In this document: positions 26,301 through 32,855 of the stretch, piece after piece
Position numbering within the stretch: the stretch's first letter is position 1
Layout of the letters: every line of letters starts with the position of its first letter
DNA from: Candidatus Wolfebacteria bacterium GW2011_GWA1_44_24
GTDB lineage: Bacteria > Patescibacteriota > Minisyncoccia > UBA6257 > UBA9933
Reading direction: 5' to 3'
Assembly: GCA_001001115.1 (NCBI GenBank)
Contig: LCIO01000002.1
Coordinates: 2,848-66,847, forward strand
Length of the DNA stretch: 64,000 nucleotides
Made by a program: the position numbers and the translations under genes
Notes under the pieces: model-generated
Seen by the model: the letters and a program-made list of their open reading frames with translations, nothing else
The model's database searches: none
What the model was told of the DNA's origin: nothing

Positions 26301-26946
26301 AGACGGTAAAGTATTCAAAATCATCAAATTGAAAATTAATAAAGCGACTGCCAAAGGCAAAAAAACCAAAATTATAGAATATTCCGTTTCTCGTTCGGCG
26401 ACCGTGCTTGTTAAATCGAAAGATAAAGTGGTAAAAGGAGACCAGCTTTCCGAAGGAAGCCTTGACCTTCAAGAACTTTTCCAACTGCGCGGCAAAGAAG
26501 CGGTTGAAAAATACATCATCAACGAGGTGCAGAAAATTTATGTTTCCGAAGGCAGCGGAATCAATGACAAGCATTTGGAGATAATCGTCAAGCAAATGTT
26601 CTCCCGGGTTCAGATTAAAGAGTCGGGAGATACCGATTTTGTCGCCGGCGAGACAGTGGAAAAATCAAAATTCTTTGAAACCAATCGGGAAATCAAGAAA
26701 AAGGGCAAAAAGCCGGCACTTGCCAAACAATTATTGATGGGCGTCAAAAGGGTTGGGCTTTCCACCGAGAGTTTTCTTTCCGCTGCCAGCTTCCAGGAGA
26801 CCGCTAAAGTTTTGGTTTCAGCGGCCAGCGAAGGGAAAGAAGACGAGTTGCGAGGGCTTAAAGAAAATGTCATTATCGGGCGGTTGATTCCGGCCGGCAC
26901 GGGCTATCAAAAAAGCGGAAAGAAGGAAAAGATTTTGACACCATAA
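23374..26946 (+). CDS. rpoC: DNA-directed RNA polymerase subunit beta'
   Basis: 1190 aa. Zn finger [33 protein letters not shown] catalytic motif, ...[16 protein letters not shown].... The start overlaps the rpoB stop (ATGA). Confidence 0.97.
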   Translation: [1190 protein letters not shown]

Positions 26947-26972
26947 CGGTTCTTATGATAATCTTCTAAAAC

Positions 26973-27416
26973 ATGGAAATAGAAAAAGAATTAAAAAATT
27001 ACGAAATCGGATTTTTGATAAAAGACGAGAATGACAGGCAGGAGATAGTGAAAGCTTTGAATAATTATCAGGCTGCGATTATCAATGAAGGAGAGATAAA
27101 CGGAATCAGATTGGCTTATCCCATTAAAAAAGAAACAGCCGCTTATTTTGGATACGTTCATTTTTCGGCTGAACCGGCTATAATAAAAAAATTGGAGGAC
27201 AGCTTGAGATTGAATCCGAAAATTTTAAGATTTTTAATCATTACGCCGCCGGCTGCCAAGACAAAATCGATTTTTTATCAGCCGAGAGCTGCTAAACCTT
27301 TCGTTCCAAGGACGGCAAGAACAGCTGTTTCAAAATCGGAAATCAGAAAAGCCGAGAGTCAGCCGGTTTTGACTAACGAAGCGCTTGAGAAAAAATTGGA
27401 AGAAATATTGAAATAA
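26973..27416 (+). CDS. rpsF: 30S ribosomal protein S6 (with C-terminal extension)
   Basis: 147 aa. YEIGFLIKDEN...GEINGIRLAYPIKKETAAYFGYVHFSAEP pattern, and the conserved rpsF-ssb-rpsR gene order. Confidence 0.8.
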   Translation: MEIEKELKNYEIGFLIKDENDRQEIVKALNNYQAAIINEGEINGIRLAYPIKKETAAYFGYVHFSAEPAIIKKLEDSLRLNPKILRFLIITPPAAKTKSIFYQPRAAKPFVPRTARTAVSKSEIRKAESQPVLTNEALEKKLEEILK

Positions 27417-27422
27417 AACGAT

Positions 27423-27860
27423 ATGAATTTAAATAAAGTTTTTATTCTCGGCCGATTAACCGCTGACCCGCAATTAAGGACTACCCAGACAGGCCAATCG
27501 GTGGCGAGTTTTGGAATTGCCACTAATCGGGTCTGGAACGATAAAAGCGGCGCCAAACAAACCGAGGTTGAATACCATAATGTTGTGGCTTGGGGGAGAC
27601 AGGCGGAAATCATCAATCAATTTCTGTCAAAAGGCAGTTTGGTTTTAATTGAAGGGAGATTGAAGACCAGAAGCTGGCAGGATGCGCAGGGTCAAAATCG
27701 CAAAACCACGGAAATCATCTGCGAAAGAATGCAGCTCGGGCCGCGAAGCGATAAAACCGGCAAAGCGGCGGGAGAGGAAACAGATGTTCTTTCAAAAGAA
27801 GAGCTTCCAGAAATCGACATCGGCGAAGGAGAAATAAAGGCGGAAGATTTGCCATTTTAA
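27423..27860 (+). CDS. ssb: Single-stranded DNA-binding protein
   Basis: 145 aa. MNLNKVFILGRLTADPQLRTTQTGQSVASFGIATNR...EVEYHNVVAWGRQAEI...LVLIEGRLKTRSW and an acidic C-terminal tip EDLPF. Confidence 0.93.
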   Translation: MNLNKVFILGRLTADPQLRTTQTGQSVASFGIATNRVWNDKSGAKQTEVEYHNVVAWGRQAEIINQFLSKGSLVLIEGRLKTRSWQDAQGQNRKTTEIICERMQLGPRSDKTGKAAGEETDVLSKEELPEIDIGEGEIKAEDLPF

Positions 27861-27861
27861 T

Positions 27862-28059
27862 ATGCAGTGTTTTTTTTGTTCCCAAAACCAAAAAGCGATT
27901 GATTATAAAGACACGGAAACTTTAAAAAAGTTTATTTCTTTGCAGGCGAAGATAGTCGACCCGAAATGGACCGGCATTTGCGCCAAACATCAGCGAATGC
28001 TTTCAAAAGCGATTAAGAGAGCAAGAATAATGGGGCTTTTGCCGTTTACCGGCAGATAA
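27862..28059 (+). CDS. rpsR: 30S ribosomal protein S18
   Basis: 65 aa. IDYKDTETLKKFIS...KI......GICAKHQRMLSKAIKRARIMGLLPF. Confidence 0.9.
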   Translation: MQCFFCSQNQKAIDYKDTETLKKFISLQAKIVDPKWTGICAKHQRMLSKAIKRARIMGLLPFTGR

Positions 28060-28628
28060 TGGATATCTCAATCTTTCGTTTCATCAACGGATTGGCCGGC
28101 AAATACTGGCTTTTTGATTATTTCGGCGTTTTTTCAGCCCAATACCTCGGTTATTTTTTGATTTTTATAACGCTGATTTTAATTTTTCAGGAAAAGAAAC
28201 GGAAAGAGAAAATTCACTTGGCGGTTTTAGTTTTATTGTCTTCAATTTTGTCGCGAGGAATTATCGCTGAAATATTAAAATTTTTTGTTTCCCGGCCGCG
28301 GCCATTTTCAGCTTTGGGAATAAAACCCTTAACGGAATACGGGGGATATGATATTAATATGTCTTTTCCCTCGGGCCACGCGGCGATTTATTTTGCTTTG
28401 GCGGTTTCTATAATTTTATTTTTTCGGTTTAGCGAAGACATATCAAAAAGAAAATGGGGCTGGCGGTTTTTGGGAGCGGCTTTTTTAATCGGAGTTGCCA
28501 GAATTTTTATCGGCTTTCACTGGCCTTCGGATATTCTGGCTGGCGCGATTATCGGTATCATCAGCGCCGTGGCAATAAAAAAGATTTTGGATTTTGAATT
28601 TAACAAGAAAATCGTGAAAGAAAATTAA
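28059..28628 (+). CDS. PAP2-family phosphatase (BcrC-type undecaprenyl-diphosphatase-like)
   Basis: 189 aa, multi-TM. RPRP, SFPSGHAA and GFHWPSDILAGAIIG match the three PAP2 acid-phosphatase motifs. Confidence 0.85.
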   Translation: MDISIFRFINGLAGKYWLFDYFGVFSAQYLGYFLIFITLILIFQEKKRKEKIHLAVLVLLSSILSRGIIAEILKFFVSRPRPFSALGIKPLTEYGGYDINMSFPSGHAAIYFALAVSIILFFRFSEDISKRKWGWRFLGAAFLIGVARIFIGFHWPSDILAGAIIGIISAVAIKKILDFEFNKKIVKEN

Positions 28629-28632
28629 TAAT

Positions 28633-28661
28633 AAAAAAACGTCTTTCCAGACGTTTTTTTC
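28633..28661 (+). terminator. Rho-independent terminator (bidirectional geometry)
   Basis: aaaaaaACGTCT ttcc AGACGTttttttt. Perfect 6-bp core stem extended by A/T pairs, 4-nt loop, T-run. Confidence 0.8.
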
Positions 28662-28810
28662 CTTTCTGGTGCAGTATTCTTGAATTAGTCCGAACGCATT
28701 TCGCCGCCTGCGGCGGCGAGGAAGTCCCCCCGCGAAAATTCGGAAAGACGGCGGAGCCGCACCGCTGACAATTTCAAGTTTTTCTTTGGCGGCAAATTCT
28801 TTTACAAACC
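28662..28810. other. GC-rich structured intergenic element of unknown function between convergent genes
   Basis: Contains hairpin CGCCGCC tgc GGCGGCG (28702-28718), nested complementary segments ccgaa...ttcgg and cttgaattagtc...gacaatttcaag, and one arm (28749-28766) of an 18-nt perfect inverted repeat whose partner is at 29587-29604. No ORF. Confidence 0.5.
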
Positions 28811-29470
28811 TTATTTTATGAATTTAAAGGTAGAAAGAATTTCCTTAAAAAACTTAATGTCATCCTCATTCAAAAGGAATGAGGGGGTCGAAGTCGAACT
28901 GATAAATAGAAACTCTAAACCATCGTCTGATCCTTCTTTCTCTCGCTTTACCATCACCTTAACAGCAAGTGGCATAAAATCTCTCTCAATCACAGTTTCG
29001 AAACCGCTCACGTAAAATGTTTTCTCGCCAGAAAGTTTTGCTTTATCTATCGAAGTATACCATCGATTTTCGTTGACATGATAAAGAAGTGCAAATACTC
29101 GCTGTTTGTCTACAGATAATATTTCTAAGCTCAATACTGTTTCTGCCTCTTTTGATTGCTTATCTATCTCTGGATATTCTTCTTTCACTTTCCAACCGTA
29201 TGGATAACTTAATTGAAAAAGGTATTTATTATTACGATAAGTTTTCCATGCTGATTTATTTGCTTGGGGTGGTACAGGAGTCGATGGTTTTAGTCCAGTA
29301 TCAGTTGTTGATGGCTGTGTGGGCGTTGGTGTAGGAGTGGGGGTAGGAGATGAACTTGGCATAGGAGTTGGCGATATAGTTTGTCTAGTTGAAACAAAAT
29401 AGGCTCCCGCACCAACGAGCGCAACAATAATTACAACCAGTATTATGTTTATAAATCCTTTTTGGTTCAT
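28811..29470 (-). CDS. Hypothetical membrane-anchored extracellular protein with Pro/Thr-rich linker
   Basis: The track ORF (to 29689) reads through tRNA-Leu. The credible start is ATG at 29470: MNQKGFINIILVVIIVALVGAGAYFV (TM), PTPMPSSSPTPTPTPTPTQPSTT linker, and a globular part starting WKTYRNNKYLFQLSYPYGW. TGcTATAAT lies 7 nt upstream of the ATG. Confidence 0.75.
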   Translation of the reverse strand: MNQKGFINIILVVIIVALVGAGAYFVSTRQTISPTPMPSSSPTPTPTPTPTQPSTTDTGLKPSTPVPPQANKSAWKTYRNNKYLFQLSYPYGWKVKEEYPEIDKQSKEAETVLSLEILSVDKQRVFALLYHVNENRWYTSIDKAKLSGEKTFYVSGFETVIERDFMPLAVKVMVKREKEGSDDGLEFLFISSTSTPSFLLNEDDIKFFKEILSTFKFIK

Positions 29471-29477
29471 ATGATTA

Positions 29478-29486
29478 ATTATAGCA
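29478..29486 (-). promoter_or_regulatory. Extended -10 element (TGcTATAAT) at leaderless spacing
   Basis: The minus strand reads TGC TATAAT taatcat ATG, with 7 nt between the hexamer and the start at 29470. Confidence 0.5.
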
Positions 29487-29611
29487 AAGTTAATAATTGA
29501 TTTTGACTTTCGGATTAAAAAATTTTCTTCCCCCAAAATTAAAATATGGTTCGAGCCGATGTTTTTCGGGTTCTTTTGCGGTTTTGAGCGGTGCGGCTCC
29601 GCCGCGTTTTC

Positions 29612-29695
29612 TGGTGCCCGGGGAGAGAGTCGAACTCTCATGCCTTGCGGCACACGATTTTGAGTCGTGCGTGTCTGCCATTCCACCACCCGGGC
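29612..29695 (-). tRNA. tRNA-Leu (anticodon CAA), CCA encoded
   Basis: The minus strand reads GCCCGGGTGGTGGAATGGCAGACACGCACGACTCAAAATCGTGTGCCGCAAGGCATGAGAGTTCGACTCTCTCCCCGGGCACCA. Anticodon stem CACGA/TCGTG, loop CTCAAAA, long variable arm (class II), T-arm GAGAG-TTCGACT-CTCTC. Confidence 0.93.
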
Positions 29696-29747
29696 AGACT
29701 AATTTATTGATAATATCACGGGAACATAGTACAGTAAATATATTATT

Positions 29748-30686
29748 ATGACAAACGAAGACAAAATTTTAGACAATCCGATTTCCGAGAATCAATCGCC
29801 TCAACCTAATTTTCTAGATAAAACCGTTGTTAATGATTTGCCGGAAAATCGTTATCCGGACGCGATTTTTCACCTTGAAGCCGACAAAATAAAACCCAAT
29901 CCTTATCAACCGCGGAAAAATTTTGACGAGGAATTATTAAAAGAATTGGCGGCGTCCATAAGAGAATTCGGCATTATTCAACCTTTGGTTGTTTCAAAAA
30001 TAGAAAAAGAAACCGAGACCGGCACGCAAGTGGAATACCAATTGATTGCCGGCGAAAGGCGATTGATGGCCGCCAAAATTCTCGGTTTGGAACGCGTGCC
30101 GGCGATTGTCCGGAGAATTTCTTCCGGCGCCGAACAGATGGAATTGGCGATTGTGGAAAATCTTCAGCGGGCTAATCTTAATCCCATTGAAACCGCCCGG
30201 GCTTACGCCAAACTCCAGGAAGAATTCCGATTGACTCAAAGAGAAATTGCTGTTCAGTTGAGCAAAAGCCGGGAAACCATCGCCAACACTTTAAGGTTGT
30301 TAAATCTCCCCAACGAAATTCAGGAGGCGGTAGGCAAGGGCCAAATAAACGAAAGCCAAGCCAGATTGCTTTTGGCGATTGAAGAGCCGGCTCAACAAAT
30401 CGCGATTTTTAAAGAATTGTTAACGAATAATTTAAGCGTTCGGGAACTCAAAAATCGCATTCGAAAAACGCTTGCGCCGGAACCGGTGAAAACGGAAATG
30501 CTTCCGGAAAATGCCGCCGGCGACTCGGAAATTATTCATTTACAGGAGCAATTGATTGAGATTTTAGGCGCTCCGGTAAAAATTGAAAAAACCACCGGCG
30601 CGGAAAAAGCCGGGAAAATCGTCATTACTTTTTATTCTCCGGAAGAAATAAGGGGAATTATCGATAAATTGACTTCCAATCCTTAA
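29748..30686 (+). CDS. parB: ParB/Spo0J-family partition (CTPase/DNA-binding) protein; no adjacent parA
   Basis: 312 aa. IKPNPYQPRKNFDEELLKELAASIREFGIIQPLVV, LIAGERRLMAAKILGLERVPAIV (GERR box), HTH ...LTQREIAVQLSKSRETIANTLRLLNLP.... Confidence 0.88.
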   Translation: MTNEDKILDNPISENQSPQPNFLDKTVVNDLPENRYPDAIFHLEADKIKPNPYQPRKNFDEELLKELAASIREFGIIQPLVVSKIEKETETGTQVEYQLIAGERRLMAAKILGLERVPAIVRRISSGAEQMELAIVENLQRANLNPIETARAYAKLQEEFRLTQREIAVQLSKSRETIANTLRLLNLPNEIQEAVGKGQINESQARLLLAIEEPAQQIAIFKELLTNNLSVRELKNRIRKTLAPEPVKTEMLPENAAGDSEIIHLQEQLIEILGAPVKIEKTTGAEKAGKIVITFYSPEEIRGIIDKLTSNP

Positions 30687-32446
30687 TTCAATTTATAATT
30701 TATTTCTTTTACTCCTTTTATTTTTTTTAATTTAAAAATTATTTTTTCTATTTTATTTTTATCATTAAGAGCGCAGCGGATTTTAACAATCGGATAACCG
30801 GCTTGGCGGATGACATTGATGGTTTGAATATTGACGCGATTTTGCGAGAATGTTGAGGAAATATCTTTTAACATCCCGAGCCGGTCCTCAACGATGATTT
30901 TTAATTCGGCTGTTTTCGGCTGGGATTTTATGATTGTCAAAGAATCTTTCAGGGCCGACTTGATTTTCTTTTTTGCCGTTTCGGTTTTGACGAACTTCAG
31001 CCAGGAATCCGAAGGTTTTTTGCTTTTTTGAGTCAGAATTTCCACTAAATCGCCTGATTGCAATTGATGGTCCAGAGGCACGATTTTATTGTTAATTTTA
31101 GCGCCAACGCAATTATCGCCGATTTGCGTATGAATGGTATAGGCAAAATCAACCGGCGTTGAACCGGCCGGCAAATCAATCACTTCGCCTTTGGGCGTAA
31201 CGGCAAAAATCCTGTCTTTAAAAAAATCGATTTTCAACGATTGGAGAAATTCCTCGGAACCGGAAAATTCCTTTTGCCAGTCCTTTAATTGCCTAATCCA
31301 GGCTAATTCTTTTTTTTCGGCGAAAATCGGTTTCTGTTCCAGATATTGTTTTGCGCCTTTGGATTGGGTATAAGCCCAATGAGCGGCAATTCCATTTTCC
31401 GCTTCGTCGTGCATTTCCATAGTGCGGATTTGAAATTCGGTCGGTCTGTTATCTATGCAAAAAACCGTGGTATGAAGGCTGCGATAGCCATTGGGCTTGG
31501 GAAGGGCGATGTAATCCTTGATTCTTCCGGGCAAAGGCGGCCAAAACTGATGAATAATGCCGAGCGTCATGTAGCAATCTTCAACGGTTTTGAGAATGAT
31601 TCTTAAAGCCACCAAATCGTAAATCTGCTCCAGATTCATATCATAGCGCAGCAGTTTTTTATACAAGCTGGAATAATATTTAGCGCGAAAATCAATTTTA
31701 ACCGGTTCAATTTTATTTTCCTTAAGCGTTTTTTCAATAACGGTTTTAACTTTTTCCAGATATTTTTGGCGTTCATCGTATTTTTCTTTCACGTTTTCAA
31801 TCAGCCAGTTATATTCGGTTGGATGCAAATAAGGGAAAGCTAAATCTTCAAGTTCGCCGGATAGATTCGCCATTCCCAAGCGATATGCCAGAGGCGCGTA
31901 AATTTCCGAAGTTTCCAAAGCGATTCTTTTTTGTTTTTGGGGCGGCAAAGCGGAAAGAGTTTTCATGTTGTGGAGCCGGTCGGCTAATTTTATCAAAACA
32001 ACTCTTATGTCCTGGCTTAAAGCCAAAATCATTTTGCGCAAATTTTCCGCGCGCATCGCCCCAAATTCTTCTTTCTTTGTTTTTAACGTTTGTTTTTTAT
32101 GAATTCCGTTTTGTTCGCGATATTTCAGGCGGCCGAGTTTGGTGACGCCGTTAACCAAAAAAGAGATTTCTTCGCCGAATTCTTTTTTAATGTCTTCAAT
32201 GGTGGATTTTGTGTCTTCGGCGATATCGTGAAGAAGGGCGGCGGCGATTGTTTTGCTGTCTAATCGCCATCCGGCGATTTTCAGGGCCGCTTCATAAGAA
32301 TGATTAAAATACGGCTCGCCGGATTTTCTTCTTTGGCCTTTGTGGGCTAATTGGCTGAAATTATAAGCTTTTTCAATAAGTTCAATATCCGCTTTTGCCA
32401 GCGGTTTCGTTTTTTGAATTTCGGATAAAAGTTCCTTGACATTCAT
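30683..32446 (-). CDS. rel: Bifunctional (p)ppGpp synthetase/hydrolase, RelA/SpoT homologue (HD + synthetase + TGS + ACT)
   Basis: 587 aa. HD domain (HSYEAA...LLHDIAEDT...DRLHNM), synthetase (YRSLHTTV), TGS (IFAVTPKGEVIDLPAGSTPVDFAYTIHTQIG...AKINNKIVPLDHQLQSGDLVEILT), C-terminal ACT-like. Its stop overlaps the parB stop. Confidence 0.9.
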   Translation of the reverse strand: MNVKELLSEIQKTKPLAKADIELIEKAYNFSQLAHKGQRRKSGEPYFNHSYEAALKIAGWRLDSKTIAAALLHDIAEDTKSTIEDIKKEFGEEISFLVNGVTKLGRLKYREQNGIHKKQTLKTKKEEFGAMRAENLRKMILALSQDIRVVLIKLADRLHNMKTLSALPPQKQKRIALETSEIYAPLAYRLGMANLSGELEDLAFPYLHPTEYNWLIENVKEKYDERQKYLEKVKTVIEKTLKENKIEPVKIDFRAKYYSSLYKKLLRYDMNLEQIYDLVALRIILKTVEDCYMTLGIIHQFWPPLPGRIKDYIALPKPNGYRSLHTTVFCIDNRPTEFQIRTMEMHDEAENGIAAHWAYTQSKGAKQYLEQKPIFAEKKELAWIRQLKDWQKEFSGSEEFLQSLKIDFFKDRIFAVTPKGEVIDLPAGSTPVDFAYTIHTQIGDNCVGAKINNKIVPLDHQLQSGDLVEILTQKSKKPSDSWLKFVKTETAKKKIKSALKDSLTIIKSQPKTAELKIIVEDRLGMLKDISSTFSQNRVNIQTINVIRQAGYPIVKIRCALNDKNKIEKIIFKLKKIKGVKEINYKLN

Positions 32447-32454
32447 ATTTATTC

Positions 32455-32483
32455 ATAGTATTCTTTTTTCAGATTTTTTTCAA
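32455..32483 (-). promoter_or_regulatory. Sigma70-type promoter for rel at leaderless spacing
   Basis: Minus strand: TTGAAA (32483..32478), 17 nt, TACTAT (32460..32455), 8 nt (gaataaat), ATG at 32446. Confidence 0.5.
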
Positions 32484-32510
32484 ATTTTGCTGGAGAAGGA
32501 GGCTTAAAAT

Positions 32511-32816
32511 ATGGAAAGAACGGTTAAGGTGATTAGAATCTCTATAATTCAGGAAGATGAGCAAACCGGAGAAAGGAGATGTTTTGAAATCTTTGGAAAT
32601 GCCGCGGAGAAAATAGTGATTTCTGCGTTCGGGAAAGGATGGATGCCCGATGACCATGAAGACGCGATGTTCAAAGTTTATTCCAATAATGGAAGAAATT
32701 ACGCCTGTAGTTATTGCGGCGCTCTTATTCCTTCTTCGTTTGAAAGAGACAAGTGTTCTGAGTGCGGCGAATTGCCGCCGCACATCGAAGTCGGCGTTAG
32801 AAAAATAGCCGGCTAA
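32511..32816 (+). CDS. Small hypothetical protein with C-terminal zinc ribbon (CxxC-x12-CxxC)
   Basis: 101 aa. Strong SD AAGGAGG 9 nt upstream of the ATG. YACSYCGALIPSSFERDKCSECGE. Followed by a hairpin terminator. The overlapping antisense 104-aa ORF has poorer composition. Confidence 0.65.
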   Translation: MERTVKVIRISIIQEDEQTGERRCFEIFGNAAEKIVISAFGKGWMPDDHEDAMFKVYSNNGRNYACSYCGALIPSSFERDKCSECGELPPHIEVGVRKIAG

Positions 32817-32827
32817 TCTTAGTTTTC

Positions 32828-32855
32828 AAAGGGTTTGTTTTACACAAGCCCTTTT
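32828..32855. terminator. Bidirectional stem-loop terminator between the zinc-ribbon gene and topA
   Basis: AAAGGGTTTGT ttt ACAAGCCCTTT (one G-U pair) flanked by A/T runs. Confidence 0.7.

Noticed and set aside
28663-28672. The 10-nt direct repeat TTTCTGGTGC on its own as an attL/attR pair of an integrated element at tRNA-Leu
   Set aside because: Only 6 nt of the tRNA are included, there is no integrase in the ~950-bp interval, and the repeat is short enough to be fortuitous. I keep it only as supporting detail within the inverted-repeat finding, not as a mobile-element call.
28718-28727. GAGGAAGTCC, resembling the RNase P RNA P4 motif GAGGAAAGUCC, within the GC-rich spacer
   Set aside because: The non-coding space is only ~150 nt, far too short for RNase P RNA. 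The partner P4 strand (ACAGAA..GGCUUA) and other conserved regions are not present nearby.
28811-29689. The 292-aa ORF in the track, extending the hypothetical gene up to 29689
   Set aside because: The N-terminal 73 codons read straight through tRNA-Leu(CAA) (29612-29695) and its GC-rich trailer. The internal ATG at 29470 is followed by a typical TM helix and preceded by TGcTATAAT. I therefore call the CDS as 28811-29470.
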